30,700 bases of DNA. Origin: an uncultured Pseudomonadales bacterium. GTDB lineage: Bacteria > Patescibacteriota > Microgenomatia > UBA1400 > MFAQ01. This document shows, piece after piece, positions 6,909 to 16,926 of the stretch. Every line of letters starts with the position of its first letter. Position 1 is the stretch's first letter. The notes below the pieces were generated by a model that was given only the letters and a program-made list of their open reading frames with translations, was not told the origin of the DNA and did no database searches. Both the position numbers and the translations under genes were made by a program. The stretch is taken from positions 1 to 30,700 of the forward strand of contig CAZUFH010000002.1 in the NCBI GenBank assembly GCA_964618885.1, given 5' to 3'.

Positions 6909-9557
6909 ATGTTTTCTTTTTTAGACCCCATCCTTAATCCCAACAAAATCGAAGTTGAAAAGCTGAAGAAAATCGTGGCCTCCATCAACTCTCTGGAAGA
7001 CTCGGTGAAAGATATGAAAGACGACGAGTTCAAGCCGGAAATCGCTCAAATAAAAGAAGAGCTCAAAGGCGAGAAAACTCTGGACGATGTTCTGCCTCAA
7101 GTTTTTGCTCTGACTCGAGAGGCTGCCGCTAGGACCTTGGGTTTGAGACCTTTTGATGTTCAGCTCATGGCCGCCATCACTTTTCATCAGGGAAAAATCG
7201 CCGAACAAAAAACCGGTGAAGGTAAAACTCTCTCCGCCGTTCCTGCTATGGTGCTCAATGCGCTCACCGGCGAAGGGGCTCACCTAGTGACAGTAAACGA
7301 CTATCTGGCCCGACGTCATGCTGGCTGGATGGGTCAGGTTTATCACTTTTTAGGTCTTTCAGTTGGCTGTATCTTTTCCGGCCAAGGGGACCTACCCGCT
7401 GCCATTTATGATCCAGATTTTACCGATTCGAGTCACCCGGACATCCACCTCCAGCACATGCGACCAGCCACGAGGTCCGAAGCTTATCGCTGTGATATTA
7501 CCTACGGCACCAACAATGAATTTGGGTTTGATTATTTAAGAGACAATATGGCCAAGTCTCCGGAGAATCTATCTCAGCGCCCGCACCACTTTGCCATCGT
7601 TGATGAAGTAGACTCTATCCTGATAGATGAAGCTAGAACTCCCCTGATTATTTCTGCACCGGACTCGGAAGTTACCGACCAATATTTTCGTTTTGCGGGT
7701 CTCATCCAAGCCCTGTCTGCCGATACGGACTTTGAAGTAGATGAAAAACAGCGGACCGCCAATCTGACAGACCATGGCTTGCGCAAGCTGGAAAAAACTT
7801 TGAACGTCGAAAATCTATATCAGCAAGACTACCAAACTCTCCATCACTTGGAACAAGCTCTCAAGGCTCAAACTCTCTTCATGAAAGACAGAGACTACAT
7901 AGTGAAAGATGACGAAGTCATTATCGTAGACGATCATACGGGGCGGCTTATGTTTGGCCGTCGTTACTCGGATGGACTGCATCAGGCTATCGAGGCCAAG
8001 GAAGGTGTCAAAATACAGCAGGAGTCCAGAACCTTGGCCACTATCTCACTGCAAAACTACTTCCGTCTTTACAAAAAATTATCCGGCATGACCGGAACCG
8101 CCCATACGGAGGCAGAAGAGTTCAAAAAAATCTACAATCTGGATGTCATTATTATCCCTACAAATAGGCCTAATATTCGCGAAGATTATTCTGATATTGT
8201 CTACAAGACTCAGGGAGCCAAGTACACCGCCATTATGAGTGAGGTCCAGGAACTTCACGCCAAAGGTCAGCCCATTCTTATCGGTACCAAGTCCATCGAA
8301 CAAAACGACATCGTGGGGCAGTATCTCAAGAAAAAAAGAATTCCTCACCAAGTCTTAAATGCCAAAAATCATGAAAATGAGGCCATGATTATTTCCGAAG
8401 CCGGACGTCTCGGAGCTGTAACGGTGGCCACCAATATCGCCGGCCGAGGTGTCGACATCGTCTTGGGGGGAGATCCAAATGGAAGAGACTTGAAGGAGTG
8501 GGAAGAAGAGGCTGAAAAAGTCAAACAAGCCGGCGGACTCCATATCATCGGTGCTGTCCGACACGAGTCTCGGCGTATAGACAATCAACTTCGTGGGCGT
8601 TCCGGTCGTCAAGGAGATCCCGGCTCTTCCCGTTTTTATATTTCTCTCGAGGACGACATTATGCGCATCTTTGGCGGTGACCAAGTCAGCCGCCTCATGG
8701 ACTTCCTGAAGGTCCCGGACGATCAGCCCCTCGAAGCCGGCATGGTCGCCAAAGCTATCGAAACGGCTCAGTCCAAGGTCGAGTCCTTTTATTTTGATCA
8801 GCGGAAGCACCTGGTAGACTACGACGATGTGATGAATAGACAGCGTCAGATATTCTACGCCAGGCGCCGTAATATTCTGACCGGGGATGAAAAAATTTGT
8901 TCCCTCCAAGTAGATCAAGCCCTAGAAAAAGAAGTCAATTATCTGGCCAGTGTCTATTCTGCCTCGGGTATCAACAAAACCGAAGCCGATCAAATAGTGA
9001 AAGACTTCCAAAGTATTCTCCCGCTCGACCCTGCCTCGGCCAATTCAGTGGAAAAAAGTTTACCTGGCCGCACCGATGAGGAAGTCAAAGAAATGCTCAG
9101 TAAAATAATTTTTCAGGCCAGAACTTCTCAGAAACAGCACTTTGGCGATGATGTCGTTACCCAAGTCGAGAGATTCGTCGCTCTCGATAGTTATGATGAG
9201 CTCTGGATGAATCACCTGGATGCGATCGACAATCTGCGCGATGGTATTGGTCTTCGAGGTTACGCCCAGAAAGACCCCTTGGTCGAGTACAAGCAAGAGT
9301 CCTTCTCCATGTTTGAGAGTCTCCTGTCCCGCATCGACTCCACCATTGCCCATCGCATCTTCCGGGTCCAGGTGAATATTCCTCAGCCGGTCCAGCGACG
9401 CACCATCGAAACCTCTTCTGACCCTTCTTCATCTGTCATTCCGGGCTCGACCCGGAATCCATCCCAAGTTGGTACTGCCAAAATCGGCCGCAACGACCCT
9501 TGCTGGTGTGGGAGCGGCAAAAAGTGGAAAGCGTGCCACTACCCCAACTTAGGTTAA
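6909..9557 (+). CDS. secA: preprotein translocase subunit SecA
   Basis: KTGEGKT, VTVNDYLA, DEVDSILIDEARTPLIIS, ATNIAGRGVDI, RIDNQLRGRSGRQGDPG and C-terminal SEC-C GRNDPCWCGSGKKWKACH. Confidence 0.98.
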   Translation: MFSFLDPILNPNKIEVEKLKKIVASINSLEDSVKDMKDDEFKPEIAQIKEELKGEKTLDDVLPQVFALTREAAARTLGLRPFDVQLMAAITFHQGKIAEQKTGEGKTLSAVPAMVLNALTGEGAHLVTVNDYLARRHAGWMGQVYHFLGLSVGCIFSGQGDLPAAIYDPDFTDSSHPDIHLQHMRPATRSEAYRCDITYGTNNEFGFDYLRDNMAKSPENLSQRPHHFAIVDEVDSILIDEARTPLIISAPDSEVTDQYFRFAGLIQALSADTDFEVDEKQRTANLTDHGLRKLEKTLNVENLYQQDYQTLHHLEQALKAQTLFMKDRDYIVKDDEVIIVDDHTGRLMFGRRYSDGLHQAIEAKEGVKIQQESRTLATISLQNYFRLYKKLSGMTGTAHTEAEEFKKIYNLDVIIIPTNRPNIREDYSDIVYKTQGAKYTAIMSEVQELHAKGQPILIGTKSIEQNDIVGQYLKKKRIPHQVLNAKNHENEAMIISEAGRLGAVTVATNIAGRGVDIVLGGDPNGRDLKEWEEEAEKVKQAGGLHIIGAVRHESRRIDNQLRGRSGRQGDPGSSRFYISLEDDIMRIFGGDQVSRLMDFLKVPDDQPLEAGMVAKAIETAQSKVESFYFDQRKHLVDYDDVMNRQRQIFYARRRNILTGDEKICSLQVDQALEKEVNYLASVYSASGINKTEADQIVKDFQSILPLDPASANSVEKSLPGRTDEEVKEMLSKIIFQARTSQKQHFGDDVVTQVERFVALDSYDELWMNHLDAIDNLRDGIGLRGYAQKDPLVEYKQESFSMFESLLSRIDSTIAHRIFRVQVNIPQPVQRRTIETSSDPSSSVIPGSTRNPSQVGTAKIGRNDPCWCGSGKKWKACHYPNLG
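9435..9461. repeat. palindromic repeat inserted in frame in the secA C-terminal linker
   Basis: GTC-ATTCCGGG-CTCGA-CCCGGAAT-CCA, perfect 8-bp stem, encodes VIPGSTRNP. Confidence 0.75.
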
Positions 9558-9659
9558 AGTAATTCTGGCCCATAACGTCGTATTGGAGACAAGCTTAAAT
9601 CATCTCTATGTGATCCAGGGTCAGATTGGTTCGATCGAGATATCCTCGAATCAACACTT

Positions 9660-10001
9660 GTGAGAGTTCAATCGCTTCTAAAGGGGGATTACGATCTCCA
9701 GAATCTAGCCTCGGCCACCGTTTTAGTTACCGGCTACTACTCCCTCTGTCGTTCCAATATCGATATCTATCTAGGTATCATTGGTGACATGAAAAATCAA
9801 ATTCGGAAGTATAGAAAGAACTTAAGTCTCTTGGAAAGGGAAAAACACGAGCCGGAAACTCTCGAGGAAATTGCCGAAGAGCTAGCCAGCGTTTCAACGC
9901 TTGTCCGTGTAGAAGACGAATCAAATCAAATCCTCATTCATGAAATCGATATGGCAAAAAGAGCTCTCCAGGCTCTCTACTATATTTCTTCGCTCAGCTG
10001 A
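9660..10001 (+). CDS. hypothetical helical protein (start uncertain)
   Basis: 113-aa ORF from GTG; the frame is open back to 9576; protein-like amphipathic composition. Confidence 0.45.
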   Translation: MRVQSLLKGDYDLQNLASATVLVTGYYSLCRSNIDIYLGIIGDMKNQIRKYRKNLSLLEREKHEPETLEEIAEELASVSTLVRVEDESNQILIHEIDMAKRALQALYYISSLS

Positions 10002-10014
10002 TAAGATTGTTCTT

Positions 10015-10287
10015 ATGCGAAGAATTACTTGGGTTTTGGTTACTATCACCGTCATACTTTGGGTAGCGATCGCTATCTACTGGACCGGTACCGGAGCCAG
10101 CCAGCCAAAGGAATCTGACCCTCTTTTATTTCCTGTACCTTCCGAAACGCCTACTCCCTCATCTGGTACCCAACTTTCTCCTAGAGCCACGGAATCGGCG
10201 CTGCTTGCCACTCCTTCGGCCACACCTACTCTCACTCCCGCCGTCAGAATAATTTCACCTACCGTCGGCCTAAATTTCAAATACTGA
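10015..10287 (+). CDS. small membrane-anchored Pro/Thr/Ser-rich protein
   Basis: MRRITWVLVTITVILWVAIAIYW TM followed by a PSETPTP...ATPSATPTLTP low-complexity tail. Confidence 0.6.
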   Translation: MRRITWVLVTITVILWVAIAIYWTGTGASQPKESDPLLFPVPSETPTPSSGTQLSPRATESALLATPSATPTLTPAVRIISPTVGLNFKY

Positions 10288-10301
10288 AGTATACTTAATT
10301 T

Positions 10302-12197
10302 ATGAATCTTCGGAAGGGTTTAGTAGGTTTGTTTATTTTATTTTTTCTTGTCTCTGGTATCGGCCTTGGGCTCCTAGTCCTCGATGATCAAAACGATCTT
10401 TCAAGTCGGGCGGCTACTGGAGTCACGAGCTCTCTTAGACCGGCTCTACCTGAAGAAAAAATACTAGAAGATGGCTCCGTTTGGGATGGTGGTCCTTCTG
10501 GTTTACCCCTTCAAGTCACCTTCGATAAATTATTATGGATCCCTCCCGCCAAAAAAGAGACCGTCTTTCTGCATTTACTATCTCCAGTGACAGTCCGGAT
10601 CACTCAAGAAAAAATCGATTTAGTGGCTCTCAGAAAAATTTTGGGAGACAGCTTTACCGCTCCAAAACCGGTTAGTACTCCTTCGTCTTATCTTCCCGGC
10701 TGGGAGACCAAAAGCTACTTATTTTCTTTTTATGGCACATCCAAAACTGTCGATGTCTGGACCAATAGCTCGGGAGTTTCTCTGATTGCTGTCATGACAA
10801 GTGAAGCTTCTCGAAGTGATATAGCCGACCTGGCTAGAGGTATTTCAGGTCTTAGTCAAGTCAAAGGCATTTCCAGTCCGGATGACTCAGCTCGCTTGGC
10901 TGCCATAGTTCGTCCCTCCGTCGTCATGATTCTAAACAATTATTGTGCCCAGGCAAATTTTACCGAGTCATCTGGCCCTCTTTTGGCTGGAAAGTCTTAC
11001 CCTTTTTGTTTGGCCCAAGCGGGTAGTGGCTTTTTTGTGAATAAAGATGGCTATATCGCCACCAACGGTCATGTGGTTACCAATCTTCCTGAAAGCTCTC
11101 TGATCTTTGGGGTCTTAGGAGGCTCACTTGATAATTTACTCGTCGATTTCTTTCAGGTGTTTCTTTCTTCACAGTCTAGCTTTCCGATCGAAAAAACTCT
11201 GGTCGAAGCACAAGTTAAAGATGCTCATCAAAAGAAAGAGACTCTCTACCAAATGGCGAGTGTCGTCGATGAACTTTTCAAAAAGAATTTTGTCAAAATT
11301 ATTAATCCAATCAACAAATACTTTGTTCAGCTTGGCAATACTCCCATTCAACTTACTAAAGAAGGAGTCAAAACCGGCAATGATATCATCGAAGCGACTT
11401 TTATCGACGCAGATTATAATCTTCCGGACAAGCTCACCGGCTTTTCCAGCTCAGATGTAGCCTTGATCAAAGTTGAAGGTACCAATTACCCGGCTCTCCC
11501 TTTGGGAAAGGTCGAAGAAGTTGGTGTGGGTTCAAGTATTTTGGTCGTCGGCTTTCCCGGCATTGCCATGGGTAGTCAGAGTGATCTCTTAGATACTTCA
11601 GCCAACGCCGAGCCCACTTTTACCGGAGGAGTAGTCAGTGCTTTTAAACAAGCCAAGGGTGACAAGAAAAATTTAATTCAAACAGATGCTTCAATCAATC
11701 ACGGTAATAGTGGTGGACCGGCGGTCTCTTCTCAGGGTAATGTCATCGGTATTGCTACTTACGGGTTAGTTCCCGAAGAAGGTGGTGGTAACTACAATTT
11801 TCTCCGTGATGTTGCCGATCTCAAAGCTTTGATGGTCAAAAACAACGTCGCCGAAGAAATTGGCAATACCTACCCTGCCTGGAAGGGTGGCTTGGAAAAC
11901 TACTGGATTTCATACTTGAAGCCAGCCAAAGCCGACTTTGACAAAGTGCTTAGTCTATATTCCAATCACCCCACAGTCAATAAATATCTAGCCGAAACAG
12001 AATCCAAGCTGGGATCTCCGGAAGACAAGACTCCGAGATTTACCCGGGTCGAAAGAAAGCTATACATGAATCTTGCCGGTGGTGTCATGGCCTTTTCACT
12101 TGTGGCTATCACCGTGCTCACCATTTCTGATTTTATCGATACTAAGCGCAGAAGTCGACCCACCCTGCTTCCACCTCAACCGATTCAAACATTCTAA
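10302..12197 (+). CDS. trypsin-like (S1C) serine protease with N- and C-terminal TM segments, no PDZ seen
   Basis: ATNGHVV (His), SSDVALIKV (Asp), IQTDASINHGNSGGP (Ser). Confidence 0.88.
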   Translation: MNLRKGLVGLFILFFLVSGIGLGLLVLDDQNDLSSRAATGVTSSLRPALPEEKILEDGSVWDGGPSGLPLQVTFDKLLWIPPAKKETVFLHLLSPVTVRITQEKIDLVALRKILGDSFTAPKPVSTPSSYLPGWETKSYLFSFYGTSKTVDVWTNSSGVSLIAVMTSEASRSDIADLARGISGLSQVKGISSPDDSARLAAIVRPSVVMILNNYCAQANFTESSGPLLAGKSYPFCLAQAGSGFFVNKDGYIATNGHVVTNLPESSLIFGVLGGSLDNLLVDFFQVFLSSQSSFPIEKTLVEAQVKDAHQKKETLYQMASVVDELFKKNFVKIINPINKYFVQLGNTPIQLTKEGVKTGNDIIEATFIDADYNLPDKLTGFSSSDVALIKVEGTNYPALPLGKVEEVGVGSSILVVGFPGIAMGSQSDLLDTSANAEPTFTGGVVSAFKQAKGDKKNLIQTDASINHGNSGGPAVSSQGNVIGIATYGLVPEEGGGNYNFLRDVADLKALMVKNNVAEEIGNTYPAWKGGLENYWISYLKPAKADFDKVLSLYSNHPTVNKYLAETESKLGSPEDKTPRFTRVERKLYMNLAGGVMAFSLVAITVLTISDFIDTKRRSRPTLLPPQPIQTF

Positions 12198-12220
12198 ATT
12201 ACCAAACGCAAAAATATAAA

Positions 12221-13480
12221 ATGTCAACTATTTTGATCTCCGGCGGTAGCGATGGACTAGGTAAAGCTTTGGCCGCCAAGCTATCTCCAAACCATCAAGT
12301 AATTATTCTTTCTCATAACGAGGAAAAGTTAAAACAAGTTTCGCTGGAAATCAACTGCGACTATGTTAGTTCGGACGTCACCGACTATCCCTCCTTGGAA
12401 CAGGCCGTAGGCCAGGTAATCAAAAAATATCAAAGAATTGATGTGCTAATAAACTGCGCCGGCACTTGGATTGAGGGTCCTTTGGAACAGGTCAATCCCG
12501 AGAAGGTAAAGGATGTGGTGCTTGTTAATACCCTCGGGACTATATTTCTCACCAAGCTAGTGATTCCGACGATGAAAGGCCAGGGCGGCGGCCGAATTAT
12601 TAATATTATTTCTCAAGATGGGCTACAAGCCAAGAAAGAACGTTCGGTTTATTGTGCATCCAAATGGGCCATCACGGGGTTTACCAAGTGTCTCCAGCTA
12701 GATTTATCATCGCACAAAATCGGAGTCACCGGTCTCTATCCAGGACTAATGAAAACCTCACTTTTTGAAAAGCAAGGAGTAGAGAGAGACCTCTCCCACT
12801 CTCTGGAGTTATCAGAGGTGTGTTCTTTAGTAGAATTTGTTATAAACTTATCTCCGGAAATACTTCTGCCGGAAATCGGCATAAAAAATATAAACAACCC
12901 AACAAATATGGACGACTCTGGCACTCCCCCAATTGGTCTCGATATCAATCCGGATATGATCACCACCCAAACAAGTATTCCGACAGCCTCTCCTCTGTCG
13001 TCACCTCCTTCCGCCACCTTCTCAAGAGAGCCCATTGACATTACTCCCGGGGCCGTCTCGACACCCTTACAGCCAGCCTTACATACCCCGGTCAGTACGC
13101 CCGGCATAAAGCTTCCGGTAGATCAGGGTGTAATCGACATTACGCCTGGAGAAAACGTCCTGCCCGACATCCAGGAACAGCCTGGCTCGACTCACCTTGC
13201 CGATCTCTTGCCTCAAACTTCGACCGCAACAACTACCGTCACCGAAACAGCCCCGGAGACTATTACACCCGCCCCGGTTACCGAAACTGTACCTGTTACA
13301 GAAACCACCACCGTTACATTCAGCCCCAGTCTGGCCGATCCTTCTTCTCCTACTCCTGTGGTAGAAACTGTCACTTCGTCGGCAGCAACTTCGGTCGACA
13401 GTCCTGTAGTCGCCGAGCCAGTCGTCACCCCTCCGAGCCCGCTCTACGAGGATCCAAATACAGTCAAACTGGTAAAGTAA
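12221..13480 (+). CDS. SDR-family oxidoreductase fused to a Pro/Thr-rich C-terminal extension
   Basis: ISGGSDGLG, DVLINCAG, YCASK motifs in the first ~228 aa; ~190-aa low-complexity tail. Confidence 0.8.
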   Translation: MSTILISGGSDGLGKALAAKLSPNHQVIILSHNEEKLKQVSLEINCDYVSSDVTDYPSLEQAVGQVIKKYQRIDVLINCAGTWIEGPLEQVNPEKVKDVVLVNTLGTIFLTKLVIPTMKGQGGGRIINIISQDGLQAKKERSVYCASKWAITGFTKCLQLDLSSHKIGVTGLYPGLMKTSLFEKQGVERDLSHSLELSEVCSLVEFVINLSPEILLPEIGIKNINNPTNMDDSGTPPIGLDINPDMITTQTSIPTASPLSSPPSATFSREPIDITPGAVSTPLQPALHTPVSTPGIKLPVDQGVIDITPGENVLPDIQEQPGSTHLADLLPQTSTATTTVTETAPETITPAPVTETVPVTETTTVTFSPSLADPSSPTPVVETVTSSAATSVDSPVVAEPVVTPPSPLYEDPNTVKLVK

Positions 13481-13803
13481 TGGGAAAAGTTATTTGGACT
13501 ACGCATCTGAGAGAGAGAATCCAGCAGAGAGGACTAAGCCCTGATTGGGTCGACACTGCCGTTCGATTTCCTGATGAAGTTCAAAACAGCTCCACAACCA
13601 ATTCTCAAAAACACATTAAGGTCATCAATGGTTACAAAATTGTCGCCGCTGTCAAGAGACAGGGGAGTGACTGGATCATTACTTCTGCTTGGTGGAATCC
13701 TGTTTACGGTACGCCTCCTAGTCGTAAAGACAATCGTTTCTTCTTGGAAAAATGGATCGACAGTGCTCTCCGCTCCCTCGAAAAATTTCTCAAAAAAAAG
13801 TAA
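13480..13803 (+). CDS. DUF4258-like small protein
   Basis: VIWTTHLRERIQQRGLS...AVRFPD...IITSAW pattern; TAATG overlap with the upstream stop. Confidence 0.65.
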   Translation: MGKVIWTTHLRERIQQRGLSPDWVDTAVRFPDEVQNSSTTNSQKHIKVINGYKIVAAVKRQGSDWIITSAWWNPVYGTPPSRKDNRFFLEKWIDSALRSLEKFLKKK

Positions 13804-13823
13804 AATATTTTCAATCAAACTCC

Positions 13824-14162
13824 TTATTTTGCGTTTTCGAGTTTTTGAGTTTTACTGTCATCGTTAAATATCTTCTCCGTCCCCGCTTTTATTTTCAGAT
13901 ATTCGTCACACCTTAATCTCGCAAAAACTCCTTCTCTCACTTGATTCGGACACTCAGTGATTAATGCCATTCCCCAAAAAGTAGAGCTGATTATTATCAT
14001 GGACAGCATCGAGACTCCCGCTATCCGATACCTAAAATACCTATCATCAATTATTATTCCTCCCCAGCCCTCCACCAGGTGATAAAACCATTCAGAGAAA
14101 GCCACTAGGAAGATTATTGCAAGCATAATCCCAACTATCACAGGCATCTGCATATCTCTCAT
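13824..14162 (-). CDS. hypothetical membrane protein
   Basis: 112-aa ORF with two hydrophobic segments filling the gap between + strand genes. Confidence 0.5.
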   Translation of the reverse strand: MRDMQMPVIVGIMLAIIFLVAFSEWFYHLVEGWGGIIIDDRYFRYRIAGVSMLSMIIISSTFWGMALITECPNQVREGVFARLRCDEYLKIKAGTEKIFNDDSKTQKLENAK

Positions 14163-14176
14163 GTTAACATAAGTGT

Positions 14177-14878
14177 ATGAAAAAACTTATTCCCTTAATT
14201 TTCGCCGTCTTCTTGGCCGGCTGCCAGCTTTTCCCCACCGCCAAACCGGCCGGATCTTACAAATTGACCGATCCCAATATTTCCATTATCACTCCGTCTC
14301 CAACTATTATTAATACTCCCGTTATAACCCCAACCATTATGTCCACTCCTTCCGCCGCTACCACTCAAGCCACCGCCGTTATCAAAACAAGTAAGGGTGA
14401 TATTACCATTGAGCTTTTTCCACAGTCCGCTCCCAAGACGGTAGCCAACTTTATTGGACTTTCCAAAGGCACCATCGACTGGACCGATCCCAAAACCGGT
14501 CAAAAAATTTCCGGCAAGTCTCTCTATCAGGGTACCATCTTTCATCGGGTGATCCAGGACTTTATGATTCAAGGTGGAGATCCTCAGGGTACTGGCACAG
14601 GAGGTCCGGGCTACAAATTCGCCGATGAATTTGATACATCTCTGAGCTTCAGTGAGCCTTATATGTTGGCCATGGCCAACTCCGGACCCAATACCAATGG
14701 CTCCCAGTTCTTCATTACCACCGTTCCAACTCCATGGTTAAATAACAAGCACACCATATTTGGTAAGGTGGTTAAGGGCAAAGAAGTCGTCGACGCTATC
14801 ATCAGCGCCCCCACTTCTGCAGGAGATAAGCCAGTGACCGATATCAAGATCGTCGACGTCGAAATAGTCGAGAAGTAA
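14177..14878 (+). CDS. cyclophilin-type peptidyl-prolyl isomerase, predicted lipoprotein
   Basis: Lipobox-like FLAGC; [48 protein letters not shown]. Confidence 0.93.
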   Translation: MKKLIPLIFAVFLAGCQLFPTAKPAGSYKLTDPNISIITPSPTIINTPVITPTIMSTPSAATTQATAVIKTSKGDITIELFPQSAPKTVANFIGLSKGTIDWTDPKTGQKISGKSLYQGTIFHRVIQDFMIQGGDPQGTGTGGPGYKFADEFDTSLSFSEPYMLAMANSGPNTNGSQFFITTVPTPWLNNKHTIFGKVVKGKEVVDAIISAPTSAGDKPVTDIKIVDVEIVEK

Positions 14879-14879
14879 T

Positions 14880-15716
14880 ATGCGTCATATTGGCGCCCAT
14901 GTCTCCATCGCGGGAGGTTTGCCCAAATCGATTGAGAATATCTTAAAGATCGAGGGAAATTGCCTGCAGATATTTGCCGGCTCACCCCGGCTGTGGTTCC
15001 GGAAGCCTTTCCCGGAGGATGAAATCAAAAGTTTTCTTGCCGGGGTCGAGAGAAATAATCTCGGACCCGTCTTTATTCACGCGCTCTACTTGGTAAATTT
15101 GGCCACCCAAAATCCAGACATGTTTGAGAAGTCTGTTAGCTCTTTGGTCATGGATCTTCAAAACGGCACCCGCATCCATTCTTCCGGTGTGATAATTCAT
15201 ATCGGATCCCACCTAGGAGCCGGTTTTGAGACAGTCAGGGATCAGCTCGTGGCGGCCCTCCACAGAATCTTAGCTGAGACAGATGGCTGTGACTTGGTCT
15301 TGGAAAACGCGGCCGGCCAAAAAGGCAAAATCGGCTCACTTAGCGAGCTTGCCTATTTGATCGACAAAGTTGATGATCCCCGACTCAAAATATGTCTCGA
15401 TACTGCTCATCTATTTGCCTCAGGTATCGATCTGAGAAATTCGTCGGTCATTGAAAAACTCGTCTCCGACCTAAAAAACTTTAATTTATTGAAGAGACTT
15501 ATCTGCCTTCATCTCAATGATTGCGCTTCAGACCTCGGATCCCACCGCGATCTTCACGCCAATATCGGTGAAGGCAAAATCGGCCTTGCGGGTCTAAAAA
15601 TGTTTGTTAACCAAAAAGAATTATCTCATCTTCCCCTCATCCTCGAAGTTCCAGGAGAAAACAAACAAGGCCCAAATCTAGCTAACATCACTCTCGTCAA
15701 AGGATTGAGTTTTTGA
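14880..15716 (+). CDS. nfo: endonuclease IV (deoxyribonuclease IV)
   Basis: IGAHVSIAGG, HALYLVNLA, LENAAG, CLDTAHLF, HLNDC...DLHANIGEG. Confidence 0.93.
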   Translation: MRHIGAHVSIAGGLPKSIENILKIEGNCLQIFAGSPRLWFRKPFPEDEIKSFLAGVERNNLGPVFIHALYLVNLATQNPDMFEKSVSSLVMDLQNGTRIHSSGVIIHIGSHLGAGFETVRDQLVAALHRILAETDGCDLVLENAAGQKGKIGSLSELAYLIDKVDDPRLKICLDTAHLFASGIDLRNSSVIEKLVSDLKNFNLLKRLICLHLNDCASDLGSHRDLHANIGEGKIGLAGLKMFVNQKELSHLPLILEVPGENKQGPNLANITLVKGLSF

Positions 15717-15729
15717 TTTTTAGAGTTTT

Positions 15730-16926
15730 TTATTCGTATCTTATAGCTTCCATGGGGGAGAGGTCTGCCGCTTTTTTGGCCGGGAAGACACCAAAGAAAA
15801 TTCCAATACCGCTTGAGACTCCAATGGCGAGAACAACCGCAAATAAGTTGATAGCCACTGGAAACCAGTTTCGTATTAGTAGCACAATCACAATCGCGAG
15901 TATGAGACCTACAATTCCTCCAAAAAGCGAAAGCATGGTTGACTCCGTCAAAAACTGAAGCAAAATATCTTTTCTGGTTGCCCCTAAAGCTCGGCGAATA
16001 CCCACCTCTCTAGTTCTCTCCGTTACGGTGGCATACATGATATTCATAATTCCGACACCTCCCACAATCAAAGAAATTGAGCCAATGGCAATCAAAAATA
16101 GATTTAGAATTGCGAAAATCTGATTGATTGAAGAAAGAATCTCTGATTGTTCGGTCACTGAAAATTTATCTTTATCATATCGTCTGAGTAAAGTTTTTTC
16201 GACATTGGCTTTGACACCACTCACTACATTCTGATTGGCAATCCCGAGGTAGATGGCAAAAAAAGTTTTCTTGGTATTGATTGAGTCAAAGGTGGTAGTG
16301 TAGGGCACAAAAGCAGCCCCGTCTCGTTCTTGGTTACCAACTTTTTTAGCCACACCAATTACTTTTAGCCTAAGTCCTTCTATACGGACTGTCTTTCCCA
16401 GAGCGTCACTTGGTTTTACGAACAGGTTCTCAGCCACAGTATAGCCCAAGACAGCCACTTTTGATTTTTTATCTACATCCGATTTCTTCCAAAGTTCACC
16501 TGCATAAACTTTCAAATTCAGAAGAGAGAACATGTCCTCATTTGCTCCCATTACGTTTACCTTCTTTTCCTCATTCGCAGAGCTCACCGTGGAAGAATGA
16601 ATATATATTGGCACGACATATTTAATATTCGATAATTTTTTAATACTGGACACATCTTTTTCATCAAACTCAGCTCCACCAGTCAAGCTAGCAGGGTTTC
16701 CTCCTCCAGAAAATCCGGCTCCGGGGAGAATCATGACTAAGTTTGCTCCCAGACTTTCAAATTGATCTCTGATGTAGTTTTTTAGTCCAAGTCCAAGGGC
16801 AATAAGGAGAACTACCGACAGCACTCCAATCATAATACCCAAAGAAGTTAAACCGGTCCGGACCTTATCTCTCTTAAAGTCTGCGAAGGCCGAGGAAAGT
16901 AATTGATATGAGCCATTTAACTTCAT
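15730..16926 (-). CDS. MacB/FtsX-family ABC exporter permease
   Basis: RTGLTSLGIMIGV, SISLIVGGVGIMNIMYATVTERTREVGIRRALGA, PAKKAADLSPMEAIRYE. Confidence 0.92.
   Translation of the reverse strand: MKLNGSYQLLSSAFADFKRDKVRTGLTSLGIMIGVLSVVLLIALGLGLKNYIRDQFESLGANLVMILPGAGFSGGGNPASLTGGAEFDEKDVSSIKKLSNIKYVVPIYIHSSTVSSANEEKKVNVMGANEDMFSLLNLKVYAGELWKKSDVDKKSKVAVLGYTVAENLFVKPSDALGKTVRIEGLRLKVIGVAKKVGNQERDGAAFVPYTTTFDSINTKKTFFAIYLGIANQNVVSGVKANVEKTLLRRYDKDKFSVTEQSEILSSINQIFAILNLFLIAIGSISLIVGGVGIMNIMYATVTERTREVGIRRALGATRKDILLQFLTESTMLSLFGGIVGLILAIVIVLLIRNWFPVAINLFAVVLAIGVSSGIGIFFGVFPAKKAADLSPMEAIRYE

Noticed and set aside
9940-10014. Upstream ATG for the small membrane protein
   Set aside because: It overlaps the preceding ORF by 62 nt; ATG 10015 gives a clean TM N-terminus
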